Shown one piece after another: positions 60,586-64,000 of a stretch of DNA of 64,000 nt. This DNA comes from a virus: positions 5,939 through 69,938 of the IMG/VR virus record IMGVR_UViG_3300045988_182694. One strand, written 5' to 3'. The first letter of the stretch is position 1. Each line of letters starts with the position of its first letter. The notes beneath the pieces are model-generated. The model made no database searches and was not told where the DNA came from. It was given only the letters and a program-made list of their open reading frames with translations. A program made the position numbers and the translations under genes.

Positions 60586-61196
60586 TGGCCGTCACCGTCC
60601 TCATCGTCCTCGTCGGCGTCATAGACGTCGTCGGAAAAGACCAACGTGGTATTGAAGTCAACGACTTCAGACACGCCATACGTGAAGCTCATCAGCTCGA
60701 AGCCGTGCCTCGTGCAGATTTCGTCGGGGACGTTGAGGAAATCGCCGTAGTTGAATTCTCCACAGTTGTGCTCGTACATATCCAAGCCGTCCTTCGTGTG
60801 GCAGAATTCGACAGCGGCGTCACGAATGGCCCTTTCGAGGTCGAAATCCTCGTAGGGGATGGAAAACACCATTGTGGTGATATCCACATTCAGCCCATCT
60901 CGGTCCACCGCGTTGATGACCTTCGTGACTCTCGTAATCATATCCGCATAGTATCCATCACCATTTTCGTCATAGACAACATACAGCTCCTCGCCATTGT
61001 CAGTATCGTCGCAGAGATGTGCGTCACCATCTACATCAACAGTGAAAGACATCTCGCGCTTATCGGGAAGACGGTGGCAAACCTTGTCACCGCCCCTCAG
61101 CTCGCGGAACGGAACGTAAAGCATAACACCATCGCGCTCGACACGGACGGGTGTGTTCCCGTTCCCGAACACTTCAAAAATCGAAGCCATACTCAT
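60582..61196 (-). CDS. Hypothetical acidic protein (204 aa)
   Basis: ORF; ATGA-type overlaps. Confidence 0.65.
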   Translation of the reverse strand: MSMASIFEVFGNGNTPVRVERDGVMLYVPFRELRGGDKVCHRLPDKREMSFTVDVDGDAHLCDDTDNGEELYVVYDENGDGYYADMITRVTKVINAVDRDGLNVDITTMVFSIPYEDFDLERAIRDAAVEFCHTKDGLDMYEHNCGEFNYGDFLNVPDEICTRHGFELMSFTYGVSEVVDFNTTLVFSDDVYDADEDDEDGDGQ

Positions 61197-61702
61197 TTTT
61201 CTCCTTTCTTTATTTTTGTATTGAAGTTCAGGGGCGTGAACAGTTTAGAAATCTCGTCCGGTTCGTCGGGCAAGGGTTCTGTAACACGGTTCAGCTCGTT
61301 ATAAGCGCCGAGAGAACCTTCCGGGTAGGTGGTGTCCACCTCACCGGTTTCATAGCGGAAATGCAGCGCGATGGAGCCGCCCTCAGTGGTCTCGAAGCAC
61401 GGCTCGACCGTGAGTGATTCCGCGTCGGTGAAGTCTACCAGTCGGCAGCCATCCTCGTCGAAGGGGCTGTGTAGGGTAATACTCACCTTAGAACCAATAC
61501 CATAAGGGCCTAAGATGTAAGGCTTCTTGCCCTTTCTGTTGGAGATATACTCCGCTAAGGGGACGATAACCTCATCATACCAGAACGGCATTTTGATGTT
61601 GTCTGCTTCCTTTTTGCTGCCCTCAGCGAGAAACTGCTTACGTTCGGCATCAGCCGCCGCGTACTTCTCGTCAAATGCGGCGATAAGCTCGCTTACCTTC
61701 AT
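61193..61702 (-). CDS. Hypothetical protein (169 aa)
   Basis: ORF with AAAGGAGAAAAAAC RBS. Confidence 0.65.
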   Translation of the reverse strand: MKVSELIAAFDEKYAAADAERKQFLAEGSKKEADNIKMPFWYDEVIVPLAEYISNRKGKKPYILGPYGIGSKVSITLHSPFDEDGCRLVDFTDAESLTVEPCFETTEGGSIALHFRYETGEVDTTYPEGSLGAYNELNRVTEPLPDEPDEISKLFTPLNFNTKIKKGEK

Positions 61703-61730
61703 GTTTTTTCTCCTTTCTCAGAATGGCAGC

Positions 61731-62093
61731 TCAGGCAATTTGAACCGCCCTGTCGTCCCAGTATTCGTCAGCACCGATTTTACGTCCGTCGCCGCCAAAG
61801 AAGGCGACTCGGAGAGGCTCTGCCTCGTTGACGTAATCGAAACTGAGGCCTACTTCCGCGCAGGCGCGGAGAGCATCCTCAAGATGCTCTCCGTGCCGGC
61901 AGGTCCACAGAATGAGGACAGTACCCTTAGCCTGCTCTGCCTTGGCGCGGTTGATGACGTCCCACTTCGGCTCGACGATGTGAGGGAAGTCCGTGACGAA
62001 CAACGTACCATCAAAATCGACGGCGATGCAGCGGGGGTAGGGTGGAGTGGCTGCTGCCTGAGCCACATTGCTTGTGGTCAGGTCAAACGCCAT
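61731..62093 (-). CDS. HAD-superfamily phosphatase-like protein (120 aa)
   Basis: Motif I IAVDFDGTL (DxDxT). Confidence 0.5.
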   Translation of the reverse strand: MAFDLTTSNVAQAAATPPYPRCIAVDFDGTLFVTDFPHIVEPKWDVINRAKAEQAKGTVLILWTCRHGEHLEDALRACAEVGLSFDYVNEAEPLRVAFFGGDGRKIGADEYWDDRAVQIA

Positions 62094-62314
62094 ATGTTAT
62101 CTCCTCCGTTGCTGCTGCAGCGTTCCATGGTGCCTCTCGTGCAGGGGCGGGTAATCTTACCGTCGGGCCATCGAACGGTGGCGCAGCGGCTTATACGCCC
62201 ACAGGCGGCACAGTATCGAGTACCGATACGGGACACGATACCCTGCTGCTTACCGTCTCTGCTCAGGAGGAAATCGCCGACCTCAATGTCGGGCATGGTC
62301 TTGATGTCACTCAT
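62078..62314 (-). CDS. Hypothetical protein (78 aa)
   Basis: Start refined to ATG 62314 (AAGGAGGAAGCAAGCG RBS). Confidence 0.5.
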   Translation of the reverse strand: MSDIKTMPDIEVGDFLLSRDGKQQGIVSRIGTRYCAACGRISRCATVRWPDGKITRPCTRGTMERCSSNGGDNIWRLT

Positions 62315-62501
62315 CGCTTGCTTCCTCCTTGTTCTCGTCGAAAATCTTGTCATATGCCGCGCTGACGCAGCAGGTGACGCAGTCATCGTCCGTGCAGTTC
62401 TCCTTATTTATCTGCTGGCGGCAGAACTTAGAGAAAAGGCACTTGAAGGTGGAAGTCTCATCGGGAGTGAAATGATTGGGATTCTCAGGATTCTTACTCA
62501 T
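62307..62501 (-). CDS. Small Cys-rich acidic protein (64 aa)
   Basis: Start refined to ATG 62501 (AAAGGAGAAAAAC RBS). Confidence 0.5.
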   Translation of the reverse strand: MSKNPENPNHFTPDETSTFKCLFSKFCRQQINKENCTDDDCVTCCVSAAYDKIFDENKEEASDE

Positions 62502-62521
62502 GTTTTTCTCCTTTCTCTTTT

Positions 62522-63766
62522 TCAGAATGTCTGGTTGGGAATATAGCTCTGCCGACCCCACTCGACCGTGCCGCCGATGTCATAGCGACTCCATTCCTTA
62601 TCCATGTGAAGGATTTTCGCCACCTGCTCTTCCAGATTCGTGATGGTCGTCTGGGAGGCACCGGCTTCCTTGGCATAGAAGGGAATGTCGGACATGGACA
62701 GATACACGTCGTGCATGGGGACGAAAGGCATACCCGCAGTCAGTCTGGCGAGGTCCTTACGGGCTTCATCAGCGTACTTCTTGGGCAGCCCCAGCTTGTT
62801 GGAAAGACCAATGAGCACATTCTCAGGGTGCTCAATCTGCACGCTGGTCAGCTTATCCAGAGCCTCGGTCATGTCTGTGAACTGTGCGTACAGGCCGTCC
62901 AGCGCCTCCTCAAAGGCGGGGACTCCGTCCTTGCCGCTGCTGTTTCTGGTATGCTTTACAGCGATACCGTCAGTGAAGCGGACACAGTTTCCGGCGGGTT
63001 TCTGGAAGTAGGGAACAGCGGTAGCGCAGCTATTGCCGGTATCAGAGGAGAAGAACTTGACCACAGGCATCATGTTCATGGAATGAACAGAAGTGATACC
63101 ATGTGCATCCAGCGCATCTTCATAGATAGTCAGCATCTCGTCCTGCTTGTCAGGCAGAGCCCACATACAGGCCGTTGCGCTGTGGCTGTTCTCGCCGCCG
63201 AGAAACTCCACCGTGCCGAAACGGTCGTTCAGCTTCCGGATGGTCGCAGACAGCAGCTCGGAAATCGGCATGACGCGATAGCCGCCGCCGTTGTCAGAAT
63301 GCAGTGCCGCAATACGGCCATAACGCTCCAGCAGGAGGGTCAGACTCTTATCCGGCGCCGCACGCAGACCATTGTTCAGCACTTCTGCGGAGCAGTAGGG
63401 TGTCATGCGGGAGAACGCAGACCCGAACAGCTTCGCAGTGTTGTGCAGGGAACTGATGGCGGTGTCACGCAGCACCCATGCGTTGGGTTCATTGGTCATG
63501 ATGAAGTGAGAGCCGACAGCAGGGTCTGCGGCTTCCATCGCTGCGTCCAGAGACACCTTGCGGGTCAGCATGGGGTCGTCAGCGATTTTCTGTACCACGA
63601 TGGGGACCTCGATGGGCTCCAGCGGCAGCACATGGATTTTCTTGGAGGGGACACCCGGCAGCCAACGGCTGTTCTGTTCCATCTCCTGAACTTCCTGCAG
63701 CAGTTCAGTCTCGCTGTCAGTGACAAAACGATAGTTGTCCTGCTCTCTGTTGATGGCTTTTTCCAT
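62522..63766 (-). CDS. Hypothetical protein, DUF932-like (tentative, 414 aa)
   Basis: First gene after module K. ATG 63766 behind GAAAGGAGAAAAATC. GRIAALHSDNGGGYRVMPISELL resembles DUF932/DUF945. Confidence 0.35.
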   Translation of the reverse strand: MEKAINREQDNYRFVTDSETELLQEVQEMEQNSRWLPGVPSKKIHVLPLEPIEVPIVVQKIADDPMLTRKVSLDAAMEAADPAVGSHFIMTNEPNAWVLRDTAISSLHNTAKLFGSAFSRMTPYCSAEVLNNGLRAAPDKSLTLLLERYGRIAALHSDNGGGYRVMPISELLSATIRKLNDRFGTVEFLGGENSHSATACMWALPDKQDEMLTIYEDALDAHGITSVHSMNMMPVVKFFSSDTGNSCATAVPYFQKPAGNCVRFTDGIAVKHTRNSSGKDGVPAFEEALDGLYAQFTDMTEALDKLTSVQIEHPENVLIGLSNKLGLPKKYADEARKDLARLTAGMPFVPMHDVYLSMSDIPFYAKEAGASQTTITNLEEQVAKILHMDKEWSRYDIGGTVEWGRQSYIPNQTF

Positions 63767-63860
63767 GATTTTTCTCCTTTCTCGGACAGCCCTCCGCTTT
63801 GAAGCGGTCGGGAAACTTATGTCCATTACGAAATTTAGAGGTGACTTATATATACAAAAA

Positions 63861-63988
63861 GACAGCTATCCCGTTGTTGGGATAACTGTCTTAATTACTT
63901 ATGGTGACTTGAAAACGGAGATAATCTCCTTTATAAAAATAGCTTCGTAATTATAATTCTATACTACCACAGTTTGATATTTTGTCAA
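63861..63988 (-). promoter_or_regulatory. Promoter-leader-hairpin module, copy K
   Basis: -35 at 63983-63988; hairpin 63861-63890. Confidence 0.65.
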
Positions 63989-64000
63989 TTCCTTTTGGCG

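Overview
This 64-kb window looks like the non-structural (early, replication and accessory) part of a large phage or phage-like mobile element from a Firmicutes-type host. Evidence: AGGAG ribosome-binding sites (RBS), TTGACA/TATAAT promoters and a tRNA cluster. Phage-typical genes include YopX, DUF1064, a YqaJ exonuclease, SSB, RecD-like and RecG-like helicases and a large serine recombinase. I recognised no capsid, tail, terminase or lysis genes.

About 90 CDS are supported. Most lie on the minus strand in roughly 10 leftward operons. Each operon is headed by a near-identical ~130-bp module with this order: consensus promoter, small palindrome, 12-bp RNA hairpin plus U-tract, conserved 5' UTR. 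There are 10 minus-strand copies and one plus-strand variant.

A plus-strand island (36.6-50.6 kb) holds:
- tRNA genes (Thr-CGU, Thr-UGU and a Gly-UCC with an unusual C33) plus several non-canonical tRNA-like elements
- a TnpB-like gene with a mutated RuvC-I Asp and no Zn-finger/RuvC-III
- an apparently intact IscB
- three CRISPR-like arrays, each fused to a conserved structured ~120-nt leader and interleaved with small gene cassettes, with no cas1/cas2 seen
- three tandem secreted proteins carrying a CX2CX4HX4C zinc knuckle
- the serine recombinase

A second IscB with its upstream omega-RNA region has replaced most of one member of a five-gene paralog family. Other items: four 12-bp direct repeats at an exact 34-bp period, a zeta-toxin-like kinase, two MazF/PemK-like proteins, and an SSB with a long Q/P/G/Y-rich N-terminal extension.

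All functional calls come from motif recognition by eye; no searches were run.
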